A stretch of DNA of 64,000 bases from Rhizodiscina lignyota (Eukaryota): positions 434,001 through 498,000 of the forward strand of contig ML978138.1 of NCBI GenBank assembly GCA_010015805.1, in the 5' to 3' direction. Shown piece by piece: positions 12,818 to 23,481 of this stretch. Both the position numbers and the translations under genes were made by a program. Numbering within the stretch: the stretch's first letter is position 1; each line of letters begins with the position of its first letter. The notes beneath the pieces are model-generated. The model made no database searches, was not told the DNA's origin, and saw nothing but the letters and a program-made list of their open reading frames with translations.

Positions 12818-14739
12818 TCAGGAGCGTGGAATTGGAAGCAGAGTATAGAGCAAAGGGATATGTTGCTGCGATCCATGAACATCTGTCTCCCCAAATGACC
12901 CGGATGGGATGGGACGCTTGATGGTTGTCTTGAAAGCGCGAGCTTGATCCCAGAATAAGCAGGCAAGAACGTCATCATCTCCGATATGGTACAGCTTTTT
13001 GGCAGTCTCCAGCGATAAAACACCCGTTTTCTTAACTCGTTGGTACAGCTCTTCGTCGTTGAACATCACATCAATTGTCAGCTCGAAAGGCCCGGCATTC
13101 TTGGAGCGCACTACGTCTGCAATGTCTCCAAGATAGCATTGGCCTGCCGGTGGATCAGGTTTTAGCCATGGCCGTGATATTTCCTGGTTCGCTTTGGCAA
13201 TCGCAGCTTTTGCTTCTAGCATCTGCTTGGAGGATGGAAGTACGATTCCATTCGTCTCTGGGGCAGTCTTCTGACGCGCAAAGCTTCCTTCGCCCTCGAC
13301 AGTACGGTAATTGATGGGAAACAAGCCGACTGGATCAACCTTCTCGAGGAGGTGGTATACGTTGAATTCGCTGATTTGGCCTAATGGTATGTCGTAAGGC
13401 GCAAACGGCATGGCGAAATTACCAGACGTTGCCAATTGGTGAGGATAAGGACCATGGACGCAAGCGATCCGAGCGATATTCACAACATGGTTAGCCTGTG
13501 CCTGCGAAGGTGCCTTTGCTTCCCCACATACGCAAACTTCTTTTGGTGCTCCTCCATCCCCGGGGTCTAGTGGTCCCATCACAGCATTTACTCCGTATGG
13601 ATGAAGTTTTAGCTCGTATGGATAGTCGACCCGCGATTTGACGAATTCCTGGACGCGCTGCAGAAAACTTTCAATCTGAGAAATCAAGATCGGATCACGG
13701 AATGCTCCGATGAAGACGCTTCGGTAGCCGCTCACTCTAGCCCCCTCCATTTTCAGTGTGTACTCTCCCGGTTTAACGGGTACGAACTTTCCTCCGGCCA
13801 CCCGCACTGTGCGGCCGTCCTTCAGTTGTTCATATGTTGCGGATTGCAAGTGGAGCTCGCCACCAGGACCCACAAGAACATCTGGACGAGTCTTTTCATA
13901 GAGTGTATGAGCAGCTACCGATAACTCGGTACACCGCGATGCAGGGTCGAGAGGTATTATGTCGAAGCTGTCTTGTCTGACAATAGCCAACGCCTCCTTG
14001 CTCTTCGGTCTAGAGCACTGTGCTCCGCATTCCATGATCTTTCCCATGTGATATGCGACTCCCAGATCATTGATTCCCCGGTGCAAACAGAACGCTGCAT
14101 ACCTGTCACATCATGAATTAGCACCAATTGAAAGGAACTGGATATCTCCGCCAAAACTTCTTACATTGCAGGATCATAACTTCTTCCTCCAATAATGATG
14201 TCGAAATCTGGATATTTGGACATGGCTTCGACATATGGCTCCAAGCCCATCTGGGCAACGATTCTTGTCGCCTGGTCGATGTCCGTAACGGTCAGTTCCG
14301 GTACCGCTCTCGAGCACGGTGAGACTTCTCCTTTGCTGAGTTTCCTCTTGATAAAGTCTTTATCGATTTCGCTCTTGATTGTGACTACGTTCATCGTCCG
14401 ATACATCTTTTTCTCGGTGATCTCCTTCATAATCTGCACAAAAAGTTCAACATGCTCATCCGAACCGTCACCGCCCGCAGACCCAAGCAAGATGGGGACG
14501 CGGTACATCGAGCACGCTGCAAGGAGGACATCAAGATCACGAACATACGCTTCTCGAGTGACTGTGGTCGTCCCCTGAGCGAGCTTCTGCGGGCCGCTAT
14601 CTGTCGAACCGCAGTCTGCAATGATAGCATCGACACCATCTCCAACAGCTTTCCAGAATAGGTCTTCGTTGAATCCATATCCGATCATGCCAACGGGCGT
14701 GAGGATCTTGATTTCGTCTGTGATTCTTGAGGGCGCCAT
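12818..14739 (-). CDS. AtuA-like/DUF1446 enzyme fused to a C-terminal DUF4387 domain; 2 exons
   Basis: N-terminal ILTPVGMIGYGF..DCGSTDSGPQKL, GSAGGDG, IIIGGRSYDPA|MYAAFC..AYHMGKIMECG and SVAAHTLYEK. C-terminal VRSKNAGPFELTIDVMF..GETDVHGSQQH. Intron about 14104-14165. Confidence 0.85.
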
Positions 14740-14918
14740 GACTCCGTGTAAATCGTGGCGTTCAATGGTCCAGAATGCAACGCCAATTTAGAGGATAGAG
14801 AAAGCACGTAAGTTATCTTCCAGAATTCTTCATATGTCATGCAAAATTTAGAAGACACATCGGCTCGAACATCTTCTCAAACCGGAGAGTCCTGCAGCCA
14901 CTATTACAGGCCCGATAA

Positions 14919-14946
14919 GCGATTTCGGCCGATCTGCCGATTTCGC
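14919..14946. promoter_or_regulatory. Two SCG-N4-CGS elements (GCGATTTCGG, CCGATTTCGC) about 180-207 bp upstream of the DUF1446 gene
   Basis: They are variants of the palindrome seen at 8765 and 16409. Confidence 0.45.
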
Positions 14947-15268
14947 TCAACCTCCATGGACGAGACCAACAAACAAGAACAGATCGGCAGCACGACAAGG
15001 AAACAAACGGTAGTCTCAGTCTAGATCAGAATCTTCTGGTTACCAAGGATTCAGCTCATTGCATTCTGGCAGCTACCTCGGTCCAATGAATAAGTCTGGA
15101 GGAATCTTCTCTCGCAATTTATGCCGAACATGTGCTAGAGCTATGTACGAACACCTCTAAGGCAATCCTTCAATATCATTAGTACAGTTGCCCGTAGCGT
15201 GCATTAGCGCGCTTTACGAAACTCGTTATAGCGAATTTCCCATCTCGTTTGCAATTAGATTGTGGACT

Positions 15269-16252
15269 CTATCGGTTGCGGGTATGCTGATGTTCCACCA
15301 ATGGCTGCAGAAAGTCAATCACCAAAGGAACGGCCTTTGAAGACTCATGCTTCACACCGTCGACAATGTCAAAGCGGCATTGAATCCCATACTTCTCCCA
15401 ATCAGACTTGACTCTTTTCAAGTTTGAAATGCGATCTCCCGACATTCTTTCGGGTCCCTGCCTCCCTTTCCCATCATTGAGTTGGCCACTACCTTTCAGC
15501 ACTTCCCTTCTCTTCTCAGCAAGCCATTCCCAGAACTCTGTTCCACCGTGCACCTCATTGTCTGCTCCGCCAACCAACAACTGGATCTTCAACTCACGAA
15601 TCTTAGCTTTATCAATCACAGCTCCATGAAATACTTCCGCTACGTCTTTAATGCCGTTCGGCCACTTCACGCCGTCATCCAACATTGTAACTTGCCCTGG
15701 CGCACCTACACTCACGGCGTGTAGCCTCTCGGGATGCAAGTACATGAAACGGTGTGCAAATGTACCGCCACCGGAGAAGCCAACCAGAAAGACCTTCTCA
15801 GTAGCAATGCCAGGCCAGCGGACCTTGACCTCGTCCAGAATGTCCAAAAAGGCAATGTCGGAACGAAGACTCTGATATCGGAGGAGTTTGTAGTTGTGCA
15901 GGTCATTGAAACTGTCTATGCCCCCAGGAAACAGAGGCGCGAGAACAGCAACACGTGAGCGATTCGCAAATTCTATGAGGCGGTCACGACATGCTTCGGC
16001 GTTCCGTCGCGTGCCATGGATGTTGACGACCAATGGCAGTGGCGGGAGGTGATAAGCAGGAGACAGGTTTTCTGAATGCTCAACATGTTGTAAGCTCGGG
16101 TCTGGGTTGTAGTGATCCGGTGGTACATAAAGAGTGTATGAAACGCGAGGATCGGTTCGAAGAGCTTTGAAGGGAATGGTACCGACAAGGTACGAGGCCG
16201 CCAGGAATTGGTGCGGGACGTCGCTTGTAGATATGAGTCTTGGTATGTCCAT
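15269..16252 (-). CDS. Serine hydrolase resembling poly(aspartic acid) hydrolase-1 (PahZ1)/PHB-depolymerase-like esterases; intronless
   Basis: DPRVSYTLYVP, LVVNIHGTRR, LAPLFPGG, lipase box GFSGG, HRFMYLHPERL..SVGAPG, Asp in VGGADNE and His in DGVKH. Confidence 0.82.
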   Translation of the reverse strand: MDIPRLISTSDVPHQFLAASYLVGTIPFKALRTDPRVSYTLYVPPDHYNPDPSLQHVEHSENLSPAYHLPPLPLVVNIHGTRRNAEACRDRLIEFANRSRVAVLAPLFPGGIDSFNDLHNYKLLRYQSLRSDIAFLDILDEVKVRWPGIATEKVFLVGFSGGGTFAHRFMYLHPERLHAVSVGAPGQVTMLDDGVKWPNGIKDVAEVFHGAVIDKAKIRELKIQLLVGGADNEVHGGTEFWEWLAEKRREVLKGSGQLNDGKGRQGPERMSGDRISNLKRVKSDWEKYGIQCRFDIVDGVKHESSKAVPLVIDFLQPLVEHQHTRNR

Positions 16253-16408
16253 TTCAGATAAAGGACCTTAAAGCTACTTCAGAATAATCCTCATAGCGAT
16301 CACAGAATGTAGCAAATTTTTTTTTAAAGTGATCTTGCAAATCCCTTTTTGCGTAGATGAAATGCGTGATGTCGACTCGTCAAGCTCAAGCGATGTTCGG
16401 CATCGTTG

Positions 16409-16418
16409 GCGATATCGC
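16409..16418. promoter_or_regulatory. Palindrome GCGATATCGC about 157 bp upstream of the PahZ1-like gene
   Basis: It is identical to the core of the 8764-8775 palindrome. Confidence 0.5.
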
Positions 16419-18851
16419 TTGCAGTGCCGGTCTCGTAAAGCTTGACAGCCAATAGACTTTGGGGTCAACAAATCGCCTCTTCTGGATTCACAATCAAACA
16501 AATTCAGACTCCAATATTCCATAAAGTTTATTAGTGAACGGTATCAGTTTGAGAGCATATTTTGTATGGTGCATCTATAATGAGTTCCTCAAGTTTAACC
16601 ATGGGGGAGTGACAAATCCTTATTGAACGGGTTTGATGCATTCCAAAAGGAATTTCTAGACACGGTATATCAGTTTTTGCCTAAATCAGTTTTTAGGAAG
16701 TTCCCACGGCAATAGCGTAACGGCATCCCAATTGCCATTTCTCGATAGATCTCGATACACCAATATTTGCACGTCTGACTTCCCTCTGATGTGAGCAGGC
16801 GCCCTGCCCATTATGTAACAGTAGCATGGCACATTCGCAACAACGATCGGCTGATAATTATTCTAAGCGAAGGAGTTCATCATAACCGTGTTTCCAGTGA
16901 TACCATTGTTTGAATTGAGCGCTTTCCAAGACACTCCCTTCAAGTCTTCGCCGGATTTGGACATGACGCGCCGACAATGAAACGTTTCTGCCTGGCACGC
17001 GGAGGACCGCTGATTGGAATGGTAACCCCTGACTATGACCGTTGTCATTAATGTTCAGGGCTATAAACACTGTCGAGGCTCGTTGGTTGCGTATGTGACG
17101 CGGGCTGTAAGGTCTAGTATGTCTTATTGAATTAAATACAGAGATAGAATCAAACGAACGACAACCTATACACCGAGACAAGCCCAGAAGGAGTGAGAGC
17201 AGCACTATCGCAACAAGGAAAACTTGACAAGGAATGTCCGCAATCTGCACGCGCCACTAGTGAGAAAAGGTTCGCGATTAAGTCCAGATGCCCCCAAAAT
17301 ATGTTGAAACACCTGCCGGTCGAAGGTGATATATTGAGTCTCTGGGCAAAGCGATGGACTTGACTGGAACGGCTTTATGTTCTAAACGAAAACATGTCAG
17401 GCTTGAACTTAGTTATTCTGCAGAAAGTGATGCTGTTGATAATGACTTACCAGGGACCTGGTGGGCGTGTTGTGCCTCGGAGTCATGCTGCGTCTCAAGG
17501 TTATTGCAGTGCAGACGCTTCACAGGGACCAATTTCGCTGTCTGGCCTTCCAGAGAAGCGGCGAACGATGGCCCGGTGTCCACGACGACAGCATCGATGA
17601 AGCGTGCGGGTGCATCCATGGTGGAGACGTTTGAGCGAATGTGATGACAACATGGCTTGGAACGAGCGACGAATTGGAAAAACGAAAGGAAGGGACAAAG
17701 GAAAAAGGGGAACTGGAGACTGGAGACAGGAGATTAAGACTCTGAGTTGCTTGATTGCTGCGATGATCTGGAGAACAGCGACGAAGAGGCAACATAGGTC
17801 TTATATAATTCCTCTGAGCCTTCTCTGCCCTCCGCATTCGACGCACTTCCGCTATACAGCTGTAGTGAGTCCTTACTTAGAACAGGTTGCAGACAGAGGC
17901 GGCGATGTTATGTGAATTTCTGCCTCATTGGCTCGGGAATGGCGACCCCGATATTGAGGGTGTGAGGGAATGAGAGTGGAATGGACGACACCCCACCTGT
18001 ACATACGCCCGATTTGAGTGGAGAAATCTGGCACTGTTCAGCCTTACACTACAGAATATCTGGTAATAGTTTCAGGCTTCGGGAACAGGCGAGAAGATGC
18101 ATGAAAGACTTATGGATCAACTAAGCGAAAAAAGAAATTCGACTTTGCTTTGAAGCGAAGCGGAGCTGAGGGAAGAACAGGTATTGGTGCACACCAAGTT
18201 CCACAAGAGCATAATTACATGAGAGAAGGGACGCACGCTAAGCCATGCACTAGATGCATGCTGGGCTGTGAAGATTGAGTTCAAGGTGGTGTGGGTTGGA
18301 AAATAGATCTTGCAGACGCCCTGTTTGATTTAGAAGTGGAAGTTGTGATCCTGTGATACGCTATCGGCCGGTACATATGAACACATACTTGAGCCTCAAA
18401 TATGACCTCGGTAAACCTATGTAAGTTTGAGGCTCGCGGAATTCTTCTTCGCTAATAAGACGCCTGCGGGAACTGAGATAGTATTTGACACTTGGCTATG
18501 TGACGAAGTAAGAGGGCAGAGTTTTACGCTCCTAAACTGCTAAGACGCTACTCTAAGCCTAATTGGGTCGGTATACCACATGCTCCCTCGATTGGCTAAC
18601 AATAACCCTCGCGGCTGCTCTGCTACAGTGGCTTCTACACACTCATACTGTGAAAGTCTTGCTGTGTGGCTTCTCAGTTGCACAAGCTTCTTCTTTCGCT
18701 CTCTTTTGGCCTTTACAGTTTGGGATAAAGCCAGATCTCGAGTTCGAAGAAGCTCCAGACCTTCGACCGACTGTCGACAGAGTCCGTTTTCACATTCCGC
18801 CAGAGACCTCCACCAGGGCAGCGCAACCAAAGCTGTAGACACCTAGCACCG

Positions 18852-19349
18852 ATGGCATTTGCACCAATTCTAGGCTTGTGGGCAAGTGCTCTACTCTTAG
18901 GCGTCAGCCTTGTTGCCTCCTCCGGCGAGTCGGGCGCGGCGCTCGAACAAGTCCATTCGGTCAGTAACCCAACATTGATCATATTTCTAGTCCAGTCAAT
19001 GACGGATTAAACTGATTTGCCGGCCATTTAGAATCTATCGTTTGTGCGAAGAAGCACAGCCACCATATATGTCGCCTGGGGGGTGTCAGCAGTCGCGGCT
19101 GCGGGCTTCGTAGGGTTGATGCTACATATTATACCCAAGTATCAGCAGCACGCCGCAAATGCATTGCTTGCAGCATTTCTTATGGTCTTGGGCCAGATCG
19201 CGTGGGGGCCTGCCGCGTTTTCGACCGGAGAGCGACTGCTAGTACTCCTCCCACTGTGCTTGAGTGCAGTTATGACGTTGGTCGTTTTCGTAGCTCCAAC
19301 CCCAGTCGATGGTGGCAAGCGGGACTCCAAGGACAAGAAAGATCTGTGA
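18852..19349 (+). CDS. Small hypothetical membrane protein (3-4 hydrophobic helices)
   Basis: MAFAPILGLWASALLLGVSLVA.. is joined by a GTCAGT..CTGAT..TAG intron (about 18960-19031) to the hydrophobic ORF ending at 19349. The 5' end is uncertain. Confidence 0.4.
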
Positions 19350-19509
19350 AATTGCGGGTCACCTGTACCGTTGGCAAGTAGCCTAGTTCAGAAGTGAACT
19401 CCAAAGGGTACATTTGACATTTATTTTATCAGCCGTGACTTTAACACGATGGTATCTCATACAGACATCAAACAATCCAAGAACAATTAACACTACTCCG
19501 TAACACATG

Positions 19510-21175
19510 TCACCTCGCCCATCCATGTGGCACCACCCGCTCAAATTCCTCGCTCCCCCTCCTCCAATTCGGATGCGCCGGCGGTGAATTAGACAACTGA
19601 GGGCCGACTGGCTGCACCTCCACGCTCTGCTGCATGCTCGTGACGACATGGATTTCGTTCCCCTCAGGCAGCCTGTAGCCATTCCCCTGCTCTCTCCCAT
19701 CAGCGCTGACCATCTCCATTTCTCCTGCTGTACCATGTGAAGGGACCGTTCTGTGCAACTTTTGCCCTCCATTACTACCACTTGGACCATGGAAAGAGTG
19801 GGTACGCGTGGTAGGTACGGAGTTGCTGTAGTCGAAGCCCGAGTGCGATGCAGTCACCGTTGCAGGCTGCACGCCTGTAGGTGGACCGACGGGACTGACA
19901 CCAACCGCCACACCGGCAGCCATTTCCTTCAGCCCGATGATCTCTTCCTCGCTGCCGTCGCTGCCACTGCGGTTGGCGCTGCGGCCTGCAGACCTCGAAG
20001 AGAAGTATGCGCCTTTCCCGGTGCCACTTGAAAGAGGGATGTGATCGCCCCCGGGATGATCTGCGCGACGCGACGCATGAGAGCCATAGCCGTAGGCGCC
20101 GGGGGTGCCGTATGCATTAGTAGCGCGGGTACCAGGAAACATGCGAGGGGCGATGCGTGTGATTAGAGGACGGAGTGGAGGGAGGCAGGCACAGGTGATG
20201 CCAACATTGGCCTCTACAGCAGACCAGGTCGCTGCAGGCCCGTTGTCGTACGTCTGATCCGTGGAGTTGGAGATTTGAATGAGAGACTGTAGGCGAAGAA
20301 TTGAGACGATACAGACACTGAAGCATAATTAGCTTTGCGCTGGATTAAACTTATAACGCCATTCGCAAAAAAGCAACGTTGAACTAGAATGACGTACAAT
20401 CCGGCAAGCCCGAAGACCAGCACCAGCAATTTCTTTTGCCTGTCCGGCAGTTTCAGATGTCGAATTGAACTGATTGGTAGAATGACGATCGTGAAATCCG
20501 TCAGGATGTTCATTCCAGCATTAGTGAACCAGACTGCGAACTGGTTCATGCAATGGCCGCCTTTGATAGCAGGATCCCAGAAGTAAGCTATTGGCCAACA
20601 TTCAAAGATACTGCCGAAGACTGTCCAGGCGCCGTACAGGCATACCACCGCAAGAACGACGTACGCTGCAATGCGGAAGGTCTTAATCGGGAAGATGCGC
20701 AGATACTGGAGCAGGATGGAGATTTTTGTGAAGGTCAGGGACAGATAGTAGACCATCAAAGAACCCCAGAAGGCCTAAGTCACAGAGTTAAACTGAAGTT
20801 CTAACGTTGGTTCAGCCCTACATACCTTGAGTGACCGAGTCATGGTAGCGGTGGACAGTGTGTCTATATGATCCCCCATGCCATTGTTTACCTCTACTCA
20901 ACAGTGTCAGTCAAGCACATAAACAAGAGTCGGGGAACTTACGCTCTTGGACCAAAACACTGAGCGCAATGCAGTTAATCTGGTAGATAATCAGACCACA
21001 TCGTTCGCGAACGCGGGTTCTTGCATCTTACAGCTGCAAAGGAAATGCATGCGTCCTCCCAGCCCTTATTGCGCGCAAGCCATAGTCGTGTGTAAAGTCG
21101 TAAAAGCCAAACGACTATCATTAACCCCGTAAAAGACCATGTTATGGCAGATGCTTGTGCACCTGTATAATGCAT
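19510..21175 (-). CDS. PTH11-like integral membrane protein (fungal rhodopsin-like 7TM GPCR, no CFEM domain) with a long Ser/Gly-rich tail
   Basis: LRLYTRLW..GWED, TKISILLQYLRIF, FECWPIAYFWD, NILTDFTIVILPI and WSAVEANVGITCACLP, with about 4 introns. Confidence 0.88.
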
Positions 21176-23232
21176 TTCGAAATTTCCAAAGCAGTCCGGA
21201 TAACGATCAGTCGTGTTCGCGATCCACCAGCAAAGACAATGTCATCTGCGGAGCAGAGCAACTACTGCCAGGCGAGAGCGATGGCAATAATCTTCGACAA
21301 GATTCACCATGGATGGATAAGAAAAAGAAAGGAGCGACCAGAAGGAGTAGAAAAGAGAAGGCCGGGTAGAATGAACAAGAGTGGAGCCACCCACAAGCAA
21401 TAGTCGTTGAGTTCTCATGTCAGAACTTTTACATACCCCCCTTGCACATGTTCCTGTGAGAGTGTTTCCACATCCAGCCTAGCCAGGGCCAGCGGACATA
21501 TAGCTTAGGGCATCATATCCATGGGCAGGGTAAGATGGCTGCGAATGGTGGAGACTGGAGAAAGCATTTAGCCTGCGCAAAGCACGTTCTCCTCGATTCG
21601 GGCCGGGGAAGCGACCGCTCTGCCTCGATGAGGGATATTCCCTCCAAGTTGGCAGTGAAACGACATGCTACAATTCTATGAGTGGCGACTCTCCTGGCCA
21701 TGAAGCCTTACGATGTCCATGAGTCGTGGTGGTCTGGACGAGTCACCGTGCTAAGATCGGCGTGCAGAGGTTGGTGTCGGCACTCACGATCACCTCGGCA
21801 CGACCCGGACGCCAAATGGGAGCACTGGCTTGAGATATGGCGGACATTGGACCAGATCAATATTCTGTCCGTGTGGTGGTTTGCTGCGCCAGATACGATA
21901 TGCAAGCCGGGAATCTGGGGACGTGAAACGTGTGGCGATCGTTTCCAATTGACAGACACTCACATACGTAGGTATCTCGACTTTTGCCGGCAGCTCCCTC
22001 TCCCAGTCTCACGCGTTCCTGGCCGGGATATCCGCTGCGCAGCGACATCGCACGCGAGCATCTCCAGTTCCGTGTGTGTGGGGAATGTGGCAGCGTGGCT
22101 GATGACACTCAATGCCACCCTCGTGTGGTGACTCGGTGAGCAGGGAGAATTTGGAAATAGTAGATGAGCTGGTGTCAGATGAGGAGACCCGGATGCAGTC
22201 GCCCCTATGGCGGACCAGGAGTCGCATTTCTGACCACAAAAGACCGACGCCGACGTAAGAGAGCTCCAAGGGACGAAGTCCGTGGAGCGGCATCAGCCAC
22301 GGTCCAAGGATACGATTTGAGCGATTACGGGTGGTAAGGCTCGGGGTGGTGGAGGAACGCAGGAGGTAAGGCTTGTTCCTGCAGCGACGTTGCAGCTATC
22401 TCGCAGCTATCGAGGGCGCTAGAAGAGGCGCTAGAAGAGCGCCGGCGGATATCTCGCAGTCGCGTTACGATGAGGTTGTCTCGGTTGACGTTCGACGACG
22501 ATCCATACCGCATGCTGAAGCGTTGGCCGCGGCGTGGAGCATGTGCTGGCCCTATCGATGCTCGTCCGATACGCGCATCACTCCAACCTCGCGCCTTTGC
22601 GAGCGTGGCACAGCGTGGTCTAACGCCAATCAGCTTGCTCCGAGCGCCTCCAAGCCAGGCCTTCCTTTCTGCGCCTTATCAAATACGCCCCGCCGCGCTC
22701 CCAATACCCGAGCAAATGGAATCGATCTCAACCACAAATCTCGCGTCGAATCTGTCATTCACATTCTGCATCTCCCGCGTCCCTCATTTCCTACGGCGCT
22801 GACGCGCTGCTCTCTCAGTTCATCGCAGAAGTTCTCCATTCATGCGCCTTGCTAGCTGATTTCGCTTGCTTGAAGGCTGACCGTCGCACTCGCGAATGTT
22901 CGGCGACTGCAAAAAATTCCACATCCCCGATGCCACGTCCAGGGGCTCTCTGCACAACCATCGTCTCACAGTAGTCGATCACAGGTAATACAATGCATGA
23001 TACTGTATCCAGGCTGCTCTCTTTACCTTTACCTGGATAAGCACCATATTGCGGACATGTGTATGTATGCACCGTTGGCATGCTACATCAATTGCTGGCC
23101 ACATGCTCGCGAACGAGTCCATTCCGTCTTGTATTGAACCTCCATTGAAGTCGTTATTTCGGATAACCTCATTTTCAGTTTATGCATTTCCTCTACCACT
23201 AGAATGAAACCGCATATGTTTGTTTTTGTTCG

Positions 23233-23270
23233 TTTGCTGCTTCCTTTTGCTGCTTCCTTTTGCTGCTTCC
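23233..23270 (+). repeat. 13-bp tandem repeat (TTTGCTGCTTCCT) x about 3
   Basis: Read directly from the sequence. Confidence 0.85.
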
Positions 23271-23481
23271 GGCGGAGACAAAGCAAGACCAGGTCAATCA
23301 TTGATGCCACCGGAAATTCATAACCAACAAACAAAGCTCCTTCTTAAGTAAAGGATCGTCTTTCTGCCTCAAACCATGTCATATACTCTTTCTTTCTCAA
23401 TCCATTTCTCCAGTCTTGACTTTGTGCGGTTCTACAGCTCGGAACAGGAAAAGCGGCTGCAAAAGCCAATAATAGTTCAAA

